42,560 nucleotides of DNA. Origin: a virus. The stretch is taken from UHGV virus genome UHGV-0317890; one strand, given 5' to 3'. A program made the position numbers and the translations under genes. Below, piece after piece: positions 1-8,019 of this stretch. The first letter of the stretch is position 1, and each line of letters opens with the position of its first letter. The notes beneath the pieces are model-generated. The model was not told where the DNA came from. It ran no database searches and worked only from the letters and a program-made list of their open reading frames with translations.

Positions 1-958
1 TCTGTCGCGGGTTCTTATGCCCGGAAATTGCTTGCTTCTCTTCCAGGCTGCCTTCCAGATCAGAGATACCTTTTGCTTTCAGATCATGAAATGTGAAGTC
101 TATTTGCAGATGAGGATATTTTTCCTGTGCTGCCGCTTTGACATCACGCCAACGAGAGTTAAAACCATCACGGGTATACTTGCCACCGGTAGTTTGATGA
201 ATCACAAACAGGCTACTGATTCCCGTTTTTAATGGCAGAGAACGAGCCAGAGCTATCGCTTTCTGCAGACGAGGCGACCAGGCTTTGATTTGCTTAACGC
301 CGGTTTTTCCCTGACGAATGTAGATCCCGGAATCGAACAGCTGGTCTTTCTGCAATGAAAGTACATCACTCTGTCTGGCCACGCATAAGTAGGCAATCTC
401 CATTGCTACGCGAACAACATCAGGAGACACTTCATAAACGGCCTGATATTCTTCATCCGTAATATAACGTTCGCGAGCTTTCTCTTTAAACTGTTTAACT
501 CCCTGACAAGGATTCCTCTGAACATAACCTCGTTCATAACCCCAACGGAATACCCGGGACATAAAGCTTTTTTCCCTGTTTGCCTGAGTTCGGCTTGATA
601 AACCGCGTTGATCCATATAGCGCCGAATATGTTCAGGTTTGATTTTATCCGGGTCGATCTTCCCGAAGACAGGCAGAACTTTTCCGGAATATTTTGTGTA
701 GTCTTTCCGGGTTTCGACTGCCAAATCCATAAAATCAGGGGAGGTCATGAATTGTTCCGTGAGCGCCTGAAAAGTATTTCTTTCTTTTTCGTCACCGACC
801 GCTTTTTCATATGCCAGCCATACGGCTGATCGTGGTGCATCCAATGCGCACAGGCGTATCGCTTTGTTATCTTTATTCCTGAATTCGTAGGCCGCTTTGC
901 CCTGGTAAACACGAGGCGGCATCCAGTTATCTGCTGGGTTCTTTCTCTTTCCGGCCAT
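1..958 (-). CDS. int: Tyrosine-type site-specific integrase (C-terminal end runs off the left edge of the window)
   Basis: Absent from ORF track because no stop lies in the window. Minus-strand translation from ATG at ~958 gives MAGKRKNPADNWMPPRVYQGKAAYEF...IDPDKIKPEHIRRYMDQRGL...HDLKAKGISDLEG as one open frame of ~319 codons; integrase-like N-terminal and core regions. Confidence 0.8.
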   Translation of the reverse strand, partial: MAGKRKNPADNWMPPRVYQGKAAYEFRNKDNKAIRLCALDAPRSAVWLAYEKAVGDEKERNTFQALTEQFMTSPDFMDLAVETRKDYTKYSGKVLPVFGKIDPDKIKPEHIRRYMDQRGLSSRTQANREKSFMSRVFRWGYERGYVQRNPCQGVKQFKEKARERYITDEEYQAVYEVSPDVVRVAMEIAYLCVARQSDVLSLQKDQLFDSGIYIRQGKTGVKQIKAWSPRLQKAIALARSLPLKTGISSLFVIHQTTGGKYTRDGFNSRWRDVKAAAQEKYPHLQIDFTFHDLKAKGISDLEGSLEEKQAISGHKNPRQ

Positions 959-1190
959 TAAATATTGCTCCAAAATCAGGTTCATCATCTTTTCGCGTCG
1001 TCACCTCCTGTAAATTGCGAAATTTTATTGGGTTCATGAAATGGCCCCAGGTTGTTTTTGGGTGTCCGTCAGCCCTTTCCATGAAGAAAATTCCAGCCCG
1101 GCGAAGAGCCTCACATTGCTTTGATTTAAGTGGGCTTCCCGTCAGCTCGACCATTTCTTCTCTGGTGATTATGTCGTGATCGCTTTTCAT
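927..1190 (-). CDS. xis: Excisionase-like small DNA-binding protein
   Basis: 87-aa ORF directly upstream of int and overlapping its start; ...ALRRAGIFFMERADGHPKTTW resembles the lambda Xis fold region; position typical of xis. Confidence 0.5.
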   Translation of the reverse strand: MKSDHDIITREEMVELTGSPLKSKQCEALRRAGIFFMERADGHPKTTWGHFMNPIKFRNLQEVTTRKDDEPDFGAIFNGRKEKEPSR

Positions 1191-1380
1191 GGTCTTTCCT
1201 CATTATGTAGCTTATTGCGTCATCTGCCTTCTGGCAGGCACGGGCAATATCAGACTCGGTCAAAGTCTGTTTCCTGACGCTGGCCGACAGTCGACCAATT
1301 TTGATATCAAATGCGGAGAGCAGAGTTGCTCCCGGTTGCCATCGCAGCATTGTGATCCTCCGGTGTCTGGTGAATCGCAA
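1126..1380 (-). CDS. Hypothetical protein (boundaries uncertain; overlaps xis by ~65 nt)
   Basis: 84-aa ORF in the leftward early operon; no recognisable motif. Confidence 0.3.
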   Translation of the reverse strand: MRFTRHRRITMLRWQPGATLLSAFDIKIGRLSASVRKQTLTESDIARACQKADDAISYIMRKDHEKRSRHNHQRRNGRADGKPT

Positions 1381-1399
1381 TGCTAGCGATGGTGAGTTT

Positions 1400-1582
1400 T
1401 TATTTCTGATTAGGCGTAATCAGTTCTTGTGGGGTGAATGCCGATTTCTCCCGAGTGACCTTAATGTTTTCTGGCAGGTGTAGCCCAAGTTCGCAGCGGC
1501 TCCGTGCTTCAATAATGCCATTGGTACCATCGGCAAGTACCAGGTGAACCGCGTCACCACGCTTTAATGTGAGTTTAAGCAT
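1400..1582 (-). CDS. Hypothetical small early protein
   Basis: 60-aa ORF whose ATG overlaps the stop of the upstream gene (TAATG on the minus strand), suggesting translational coupling. Confidence 0.4.
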   Translation of the reverse strand: MLKLTLKRGDAVHLVLADGTNGIIEARSRCELGLHLPENIKVTREKSAFTPQELITPNQK

Positions 1583-2151
1583 TAGCGTATCCTCAGTGAC
1601 CGTTCGCCGCGTTCCAGATGTGCGCCTGGTACCGGGTTTAATAACTCGGCTGGTGGTGTTTCTCCACGCGCCAGTATTTCGGCGGCAACCGCCTCCGCAG
1701 ATTCAATCACTTCTTTAATGGCTCGCTTGTTTGGTGTAATAACCGTTTCTACATCAACAAGTGACACGCCCTCATACTCATCCGGGATCTTATCTTTGCT
1801 ATCGATAATTACCCGGATAGCCCCCTGTGCATCAGTAAATGTGTTTTTTGCGGTTTTCAGTTTATCCAGGCCAGCAGCTTGCAGGCAGGTGAGCATATGC
1901 TTTCGAATTGCTTTTTCCTTGCCTTCAAAGGACGTCTTACGGGTTGCCAGGCGAGACATTTCTTCAGCGCAGGTATTGGCATTGCCCTGTAAATTACGGC
2001 AGATGACCATCATGGCGTCCAGTTTGTCTCCCAGTTCTCCTTCCATGCCTTCAAGCGTGTCGGCGATCATCTCTGGCGTCAGTTCATCGGCGGTTTCTAA
2101 CAGGTCAATCAGACTGGCATATTCTTTTGCAATAGCGATAGCAGTGCTCAT
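1582..2151 (-). CDS. Siphovirus Gp157-like protein (recombination-module accessory)
   Basis: 189 aa; N-terminal ...LIDLLETADELTPEMIADTLEGMEGELGDKLDAMM... and central ...KNTFTDAQGAIRVIIDSKDKIPDEY match the Gp157 family pattern as recalled; start overlaps upstream gene (ATGA). Confidence 0.55.
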   Translation of the reverse strand: MSTAIAIAKEYASLIDLLETADELTPEMIADTLEGMEGELGDKLDAMMVICRNLQGNANTCAEEMSRLATRKTSFEGKEKAIRKHMLTCLQAAGLDKLKTAKNTFTDAQGAIRVIIDSKDKIPDEYEGVSLVDVETVITPNKRAIKEVIESAEAVAAEILARGETPPAELLNPVPGAHLERGERSLRIR

Positions 2152-4364
2152 GCTGTTTGCTCCTGTGCAGCGGTAAGGGCGGCGAGGCGTTCAGTTTTAA
2201 TGTCGGTGATACGGCGCAGACGTGATCCCAGATACGATGAATATTCTTTATCGCCTTTGGTTTCCGCTGCTTTCCTGTGTACATCCACTTCGCGGGCGAT
2301 GAGGCCAAATACCTTGTTTACTTCGTTGGCGGTTACCGCGGCGGCCAGCGTATTGGCAACGTTGATAAGCTTCTCATCCAGTTCCTTACGCAGACGGGTA
2401 GCATCTTCCGCATTCTCGCTGGCATTCTTGATATCAAACTCAGCTTTATTCCTCTGGCGGTATTCCGGATTGTCGTACAGGCCCATGAAAATATCGGCGC
2501 TGAATCCGAGAGGGGATAGCGCTTTCTTAACAGCATCCGTCCAGGATTTCTTCGGTGCTTCGCCGTCGCTTGTTGGTCCGTATTTAGTGTCGTAGATATA
2601 AGGTGTGCATCCGTAAGCCTCGGACTCACCGCGTACCCCATTCAATATGTACCAGACTCTCACTTTCATGGTGTGGTGCATTTCACATAGGTACCCGCCA
2701 ACACCGTCTTGAATCAGATCCCATTCTATTTTTTCACCAACCTGTTTTTTGCGAACTATTGGTGCGCCTTTATCAAAGCGCTCCTCCAGCACCTCTACCC
2801 CCCAGCCAATACCAAATGGCCCAAATTCGCGAGTCGCTTTCATCGCTATATAAGTGCCGTTGATGGATGTGCCGCCGCCATTCTGAGAGAAAGCACTGGT
2901 GAAGCGCTCATCGGTTTTGAATACGTTCTTCCACAATGCCAGGTTATCCGTGTCATCTGAGTCCTTTAACTCCGTTTCGATAGCTGAGATTGCATTCTGC
3001 CGCTTGTGCTCTTCGGCATGGATCCGCTCAACCAGCGCGTCAACGTTCTGCACCAGATCCTTTACCTGCTCGCTAAGTTGTTCTTGTGGAGGAGTCTCTT
3101 CTGCCAGGGTAATAGCTGCAGGTTCCCTCTGTGATACGGCGTTATTTTCAGGTACGTCATACACATGGCGAGGCGTGACAAACTGCTCACGCAACTGCTG
3201 CAAACTACGTTCTCCAGCATTTGCAGCTTCGCTTTTTTCGCCCTGATTTGAGGGTGTTTCTGACATCATCCCATCAATTGAGAATCGTCCGCCGCCGTGG
3301 TTGGTGACTTTTACATCATCCTTGGGTGCTGCTTCCTTTGGCTTCTCTTCAACAGCATTTGCATCACGCTGCCCGTTAGCTTGCAGCCAGTTGTCGATGT
3401 GACTGCGCAGGGATTGTGGGAAGTGGTACGTGTCTTTTGCGGGGGCGCTCTGAATAACACCGAATACTGATGCGCGGTCATAGGCAAGGATCTGATCCGT
3501 TGTGCGCAAGGCCATTGACCAGCGTTTAAAATCTTCCCTGTCCTGACTGATTATTTCGTCTGCCGCTTTCAGGATGCTGGGGGTGATTTTTTCCGGGGCA
3601 ACAGGTAACAGGGCGCAGGCAATTTCACGATCCAGAGTGGCGTGAGTCTGTTTGTAAGGACGTGCGGATGCTGTTTCTGGTTTTACCTCCGGCAGCATTT
3701 CATCTCGTTTACCGGGATTCTCTACCCATTTTTTTATAAATTTGGAGATAGTCCAACTGGTCGGGTTTTGTTCCTGGGTATCGCAACTTGCCAAAATTGC
3801 ATGTACCAGATTATTCAATCCAGCAATATGCATGTACTCGATGGGCTTACACGCCACCATGGCATCAAGAACGATGCGGTTAAACGCGTCAACCTCATCC
3901 TCACTGTCAGTATCACTGTTATCGAGCATCTCCAGGTATTCACGCGTCTGCACAAGCAATTCACTGTCGACTTCGTTGGCGTCGTGGCTGAACAGCAGAA
4001 CGGCGGCGAATCGTTCACGAGCCGGCAGTTTCATCAGGTCGCTAACCTGTGAGATATCTGCTGAACTGCAATCTGAATCAACAGGAGTGTTAACTACCCA
4101 TTTTTCGCCATCAAAACTGTGTTCTGTGGCAAACGTCTCATCAAACTCACCGACGCCTGGGCGCGGTTGGCCCGGGGCATCTTCCCAGATTTTAGGTTTG
4201 AAATAGTTGTCGCCGTGGTCAGGGTAGGCTTCCCACAATTTGCCGATGATGATGTTCTCGGCAACTTTTTTGTTAGGGGCGGCGATGGCGATGGCCAGCG
4301 CCGGGATCGCGCCGTTTTTGAGCGCGCCTTTTTTCGCTTCTAACAAGCCGTTAAAAATGGTCAT
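2148..4364 (-). CDS. Recombination protein: Rad52/Erf-type single-strand annealing domain at C-terminus with a ~500-aa N-terminal extension of unknown function
   Basis: 738 aa; C-terminal ...PKKSWTDAVKKALSPLGFSADIF resembles the conserved annealase motif K-x-A-x-TDA-x-KRAL-x-x-FG of the Rad52/Sak/Erf superfamily; RBS GAGGAAAGACC before ATG. Confidence 0.55.
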   Translation of the reverse strand: MTIFNGLLEAKKGALKNGAIPALAIAIAAPNKKVAENIIIGKLWEAYPDHGDNYFKPKIWEDAPGQPRPGVGEFDETFATEHSFDGEKWVVNTPVDSDCSSADISQVSDLMKLPARERFAAVLLFSHDANEVDSELLVQTREYLEMLDNSDTDSEDEVDAFNRIVLDAMVACKPIEYMHIAGLNNLVHAILASCDTQEQNPTSWTISKFIKKWVENPGKRDEMLPEVKPETASARPYKQTHATLDREIACALLPVAPEKITPSILKAADEIISQDREDFKRWSMALRTTDQILAYDRASVFGVIQSAPAKDTYHFPQSLRSHIDNWLQANGQRDANAVEEKPKEAAPKDDVKVTNHGGGRFSIDGMMSETPSNQGEKSEAANAGERSLQQLREQFVTPRHVYDVPENNAVSQREPAAITLAEETPPQEQLSEQVKDLVQNVDALVERIHAEEHKRQNAISAIETELKDSDDTDNLALWKNVFKTDERFTSAFSQNGGGTSINGTYIAMKATREFGPFGIGWGVEVLEERFDKGAPIVRKKQVGEKIEWDLIQDGVGGYLCEMHHTMKVRVWYILNGVRGESEAYGCTPYIYDTKYGPTSDGEAPKKSWTDAVKKALSPLGFSADIFMGLYDNPEYRQRNKAEFDIKNASENAEDATRLRKELDEKLINVANTLAAAVTANEVNKVFGLIAREVDVHRKAAETKGDKEYSSYLGSRLRRITDIKTERLAALTAAQEQTA

Positions 4365-4394
4365 TGGTCTTTCCTCATTACAGGTCAGTGGTTT

Positions 4395-4715
4395 TTAGTA
4401 GGGGAGCTCATCGGTATCTGGCGTGTATTCGATGCAAAGTAACTGCTGGATTTTGTCATCGATAGCAGCAATACGCTGTTGGGCGTCGGCGACTGTTTTC
4501 TGTTTTTGTTCACGCAGTTGCTCGACCTGTAAACCGATGATGTCGATTGGCTCGGGCTGGTTAACGGTAATTTCAATTTCGCGGCTTTCCAGAAGGATGT
4601 ACCTGTCTGGAAAATTTTTTGACATATCAACAGTCGCAACAAGCAGCTTTTCGTGGCTGAAAGTTGAAGTTGCATAATGAATAAAGAGTGTTACTGGGAT
4701 GGTGCGCGCTTCCAT
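4395..4715 (-). CDS. Hypothetical early protein
   Basis: 106-aa ORF, first gene of the leftward operon; RBS AAGGAG before ATG. Confidence 0.5.
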   Translation of the reverse strand: MEARTIPVTLFIHYATSTFSHEKLLVATVDMSKNFPDRYILLESREIEITVNQPEPIDIIGLQVEQLREQKQKTVADAQQRIAAIDDKIQQLLCIEYTPDTDELPY

Positions 4716-4799
4716 AGCGACTCCTTGGTAATGTATACTCAGAGCCGATCAGCGAATATTGATCAGCTTCCATAGCGTCAGTGTCGTTGGTCTTTCCTC

Positions 4800-4823
4800 A
4801 TCACAAGTTTGGTCACTTGTGAT
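4800..4823. promoter_or_regulatory. 24-bp perfect palindrome ATCACAAGT-N6-ACTTGTGAT upstream of the leftward operon
   Basis: 9-bp inverted arms with 6-bp spacer about 85 bp upstream of the 4715 start; operator or RNA hairpin. Confidence 0.3.
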
Positions 4824-5577
4824 AAATCCGAATGGTTTGGTCGCCGTTCGGGGTAACTGGCCCGCCTTGTGCGGGTCTTTTGCTATCTAAAGGGTGCCGG
4901 TTACGTTTCCGGCGTCGTTATGTTTCCATTACGACCGTACAGGGCTGGTCAGGCCCGGGCTGGTCTTTCCTGTTTTGAGCTGGTCAGGCTCATGGTCAAC
5001 GCTGGTCAGGCGTGGTACTTCCTCCGGTCTTTCCCTGGTGTCACGCTGCGGGTTTGGCCTCTCCTGTTGGGGACTCAGGCACAGCGATAAAACCTGGCTG
5101 TGTGAAAAAATGGCCCATCGTGCGGACTGGGCAAAGACTAAACACAGCAAATTGATGATGGGCGCCCGGAATCGAACCGGGTAACGGGCAGGGAGTTCCC
5201 GTTAAACACCTGTTCACCACAACCGGGAGCGCACTCCGCCATTTCAAAATTTAACGACAAAGCTCAAAGTTGAGTCGATGAAGTGCGCTCTCGTGTTGTA
5301 GCCAGGACTCTTCCCTGGTGGTCACACCGTATCGCCTTGATGGTGAATCAATCGCTCATACCTGGCTGTGGCTTGCACATTCCGGCTACCTGCTATGGAG
5401 ACAACGCGTTAAGGCTCCGCTTCCATCCAGACCGCTTCGACACATGTGCCATATGCCGGTGAAGTCTTTCCCTCTGTCACCGTGTTGGCGCCGACGCGCA
5501 AAATTTGGTGCCGTCTTTCCGGCTGTCAGAACGTGTTTCTGAACAACTGCCGCTGGGTAAGCGTTGTTGATGAAAGT

Positions 5578-5607
5578 GACTTTACAATTTGTATTTGTAA
5601 TGGTCAA
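5578..5607 (-). promoter_or_regulatory. Candidate leftward early promoter (pL-like) with overlapping ACAA-T-TTGT / TTTGTAAT operator-like repeats
   Basis: Minus strand reads TTGACC-N18-TAAAGT; the TTTGTAAT motif recurs in the 6155-6237 operator region. Confidence 0.25.
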
Positions 5608-5725
5608 TGTGTTTTTAAAAAATAATTTGTAGTGAGGGGCAAAAAAATATTCACTGTGTAAAGGTGTTTTTGTGTTAGGGGAAAGTTGCATGCCAGCAGC
5701 GGCTGGCCTGGAAATTTGAACTGAA

Positions 5726-6154
5726 CTATTTTGTCTGGTTTTTGGCTTCAAGTAGTTCTTTTAGCAGTAGATCGAAGTGCTCTCTTTTTTCTTTTAGCTC
5801 ATTGATTAATTTATTTTTTTCGCTCTCAGGCAGTCCTCTGAATAGTTGCAGTAGAGCCTGTTCTTGCGGGGTTAGTTCTTGATTGTAATTACCCGGGTGT
5901 AGTGTGGATTCATCCAAATATTCCCCTTCATTCATGAAGAAAAAATGAACAGGGTATCCGGTCACTTTTGCTAGCTTGTCTAATTTATCTTTTCTTGGAG
6001 TTACCCCATTACACCATGCCTGAACTGATTGAGCCGTAACCCCAATATGGCGAGCTAACTCAGATTGAGACCAGCCTAAGTCTTTTAGAATCCGTTGTAG
6101 TCGGCTAGCAAAAGCCATGTTTTTCGTTTTTGTGTTCATACCGTAAGGATACAA
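5726..6154 (-). CDS. Prophage repressor, HTH_XRE family (CI-like; no LexA-type S24 peptidase domain)
   Basis: 142 aa; ...FASRLQRILKDLGWSQSELARHIGVTAQSVQAWCNG is a classic XRE helix-turn-helix; divergent from a cro-like gene. Confidence 0.7.
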   Translation of the reverse strand: MYPYGMNTKTKNMAFASRLQRILKDLGWSQSELARHIGVTAQSVQAWCNGVTPRKDKLDKLAKVTGYPVHFFFMNEGEYLDESTLHPGNYNQELTPQEQALLQLFRGLPESEKNKLINELKEKREHFDLLLKELLEAKNQTK

Positions 6155-6237
6155 GGTTTAATTGTAGGGAGCATTGCAAATATAATTTGTAATTACAGTT
6201 ATTGTTTGTAATGATGACGCGGACACAAGGAGTCCAT
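6155..6237. promoter_or_regulatory. Divergent promoter/operator region between repressor and cro-like gene
   Basis: 83-bp AT-rich spacer containing palindrome CAAATATAATTTG and repeated TTTGTAAT half-sites (ATTACAG...TTTGTAAT). Confidence 0.45.
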
Positions 6238-6468
6238 ATGGATAAACAACTGCAAGACAAAATTCTTTCCGTAATGAGTCAATCCGAGTTAGGGCGGCGA
6301 TTAGGGAAAAAACCACAAACGGTAAGCCTCTGGTTCAAAGGACGGGTTCCCGGTGAAGAGGTTTTGCGCACATCTGAAGCTCTTGAATGGCGCGTGACCC
6401 CTCATGATCTTAGACCGGATCTTTACCCAAACCCAGATGACAGCTTGCCTAAAACGGAAGCAGCTTAA
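6238..6468 (+). CDS. Cro-like transcriptional regulator (YdaS-like)
   Basis: Start moved to ATG at 6238 behind AAGGAG; 76 aa with ...SQSELGRRLGKKPQTVSLWFKG HTH; immediately divergent from the repressor. Confidence 0.65.
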   Translation: MDKQLQDKILSVMSQSELGRRLGKKPQTVSLWFKGRVPGEEVLRTSEALEWRVTPHDLRPDLYPNPDDSLPKTEAA

Positions 6469-6526
6469 CTGTTGGTGAGCCCCAAATCTGATTAAGCGTA
6501 ATCAATTTTTAGCGACAGGAGACGCT

Positions 6527-7003
6527 ATGGAAAACCAAGAGGAATTACAAAAAGAGATTTTGACCTGGGCGGCAAGGGCAGGGCAGGAACTCGTCACGAT
6601 TGAAATCTGCCGGGCCTGGTTCAGTCAGGGACGCAATGATGAGTTGAGACTACATGAATTTGAGGACGCGGACGGCAACGTGGACTGGAGAGCCATCAAC
6701 AACAATCGGCAGAAAATCTTTCGCTGGTTACGTGGCGAGACAACGGCGGCGCGCCGAAAAACTCAGGTGCTGGCCAGTGTGATGAAAGCCGTGCTACCCG
6801 CAGAACGGCGGGCACGTCTGGAGTCGCCGGGCGATCCCGTTTTGCTGGCAACGCTGGCGGCAAAAGAAGGGGTGGAAGCGATTAACGCTGTACATCTCCA
6901 CTTCGCGCCAGAGTTAACTATTCAGGAAATTGACGAAGCAATAGCGGCGCTGGTAGCGACGCGAGGAGCAGTGATACGCACTGCGCAAGACCACCATGCA
7001 TGA
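6527..7003 (+). CDS. YdaT-like protein (CII-position regulator)
   Basis: 158 aa; segment QKIFRWLRGETTAARRKTQVLASVMKAVLPAERRARL matches the recalled Rac YdaT core (..YHRWLKGETKTQREKIQKL..LPRELRHRL). Confidence 0.55.
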   Translation: MENQEELQKEILTWAARAGQELVTIEICRAWFSQGRNDELRLHEFEDADGNVDWRAINNNRQKIFRWLRGETTAARRKTQVLASVMKAVLPAERRARLESPGDPVLLATLAAKEGVEAINAVHLHFAPELTIQEIDEAIAALVATRGAVIRTAQDHHA

Positions 7004-7042
7004 GCGCCTGACCAGCGTTTAACTTATACCGAGGAAAGACCG

Positions 7043-7267
7043 ATGTTAAGACATATTGACCGCATTACCTGGCGTAACGGCTGGCACCTGAATGGACGCC
7101 CGGCACATGTTGCAGAGATCCGCCCCATATTCGATGGCCGCGTCGCAGCTGCACGTTCTGTATGGGAAAAGTACGAAGAAGAAAAAGCGAAACTGCGTGA
7201 GCAAAATCTCTCTGGCGCTGCCTATGAGGCTGGCTGTCGCGTTCTCTCAGAGGCTTTGGGCATATGA
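7043..7267 (+). CDS. Hypothetical protein
   Basis: 74-aa ORF preceded by the CGCCTGACCAGCGT...GAGGAAAGACC module; overlaps next gene start. Confidence 0.5.
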   Translation: MLRHIDRITWRNGWHLNGRPAHVAEIRPIFDGRVAAARSVWEKYEEEKAKLREQNLSGAAYEAGCRVLSEALGI

Positions 7268-8019
7268 ACATCCTCCCGTTACTTGATAGACCCATAGCCT
7301 TCCAGAGAAGTTTTATCCGTCTTGAAATGGGCGTGACTGCCGCATTGTTTCTGTCGCAGTTGACGTACTGGACAAACAGAACAACTGACGACGGCTGGGT
7401 ATATAAAACCCAGGATGAGTGGGAAGAGGAAACAGGGCTTTCACGATACGAGCAGGAGGGCGCGCGCAAAAAACTACGTGGTCTCGGCGTCTTGCTGGAA
7501 CGTAAACAGGGCTTGCCTGCCAGGCTGTACTACAAAATCGATAATGATGTGTTGTGCCAGCTACTTACGTCCGCATACAAGGATGCGGAAAAACCACATA
7601 CAGGTGAGGGGAAAACCACCAGGCCTGTACGTGGAAAACCAACAAACATTCTTACAGAGAATACTACAGAGATTATTACTGATGGTGAATCGGCTGACGC
7701 CGACACCCAACAACCTGCCGACCAGAGAATAAATTATCAGGTGATACTCGATACCTATCACGAGATTTTGCCAGAGATGCCACCAGTGAAAATCCTCACT
7801 GACGGCAGAAAAAAACACCTTCGCACTTTCTGGAAAAAATTCAATTTCAATGAGTCCCGTTGGCGGGCCTATCTGGAATTTATCGGTGGCAATTGTCGCT
7901 GGATGCTGGAGGACAGGCCAAATGGCAGGGGAGGATTCTGGCGGCGTAAAAATCTTGATTATCTGATTACCGAACGCTGCTATGTTTCGGTCAAGGAAGA
8001 ACGCGCAAATGATAAATAA
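7264..8019 (+). CDS. Replication initiation protein (lambda O-like replisome organizer)
   Basis: 251 aa; N-terminal winged-helix-like region (GVTAALFLSQLTYW...LSRYEQEGARKKLRGLGVLLERKQG) resembles the lambda O N-domain; internal iterons; followed by helicase. Confidence 0.6.
   Translation: MNILPLLDRPIAFQRSFIRLEMGVTAALFLSQLTYWTNRTTDDGWVYKTQDEWEEETGLSRYEQEGARKKLRGLGVLLERKQGLPARLYYKIDNDVLCQLLTSAYKDAEKPHTGEGKTTRPVRGKPTNILTENTTEIITDGESADADTQQPADQRINYQVILDTYHEILPEMPPVKILTDGRKKHLRTFWKKFNFNESRWRAYLEFIGGNCRWMLEDRPNGRGGFWRRKNLDYLITERCYVSVKEERANDK
7585..7660. repeat. Candidate origin iterons inside the O-like gene
   Basis: Three direct repeats GGAAAA(A)CCAC/A... at ~7587, ~7609 and ~7633 (22-24 bp spacing), followed by an AT-rich stretch; lambdoid origins lie inside O. 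Confidence 0.4.

Noticed and set aside
608-829. Plus-strand 73-aa ORF at the left end
   Set aside because: Lies antisense within the integrase gene, which is open on the minus strand across the whole 1-958 interval.
1718-4206. Plus-strand ORFs 1718-2176, 2200-2595, 2277-2519, 2603-2863, 2899-3246, 3642-4052 and 3742-4206
   Set aside because: All lie antisense within the well-supported minus-strand Gp157-like and recombinase genes and have low-complexity translations; treated as spurious.
4940-5040. Clustered short repeats (GCTGGTCAGG, GGTCTTTCC) as a CRISPR array
   Set aside because: Repeats are short (9-10 bp), irregularly spaced and degenerate, with no cas genes in the window; not a CRISPR array.
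5140-5260. Possible tRNA gene on the minus strand (T-arm-like CCCGG-TTCGATT-CCGGG with an adjacent hairpin)
   Set aside because: No acceptor stem with good pairing and no recognisable D-arm or anticodon arm could be built by hand, so it is not called as a tRNA; kept only as part of the structured-region finding.
5386-5751. Minus-strand 121-aa ORF overlapping the 3' end of the repressor gene
   Set aside because: Starts inside the repressor coding region in another frame, with no RBS and an implausible Cys/Arg-rich composition; likely chance ORF in GC-rich DNA.
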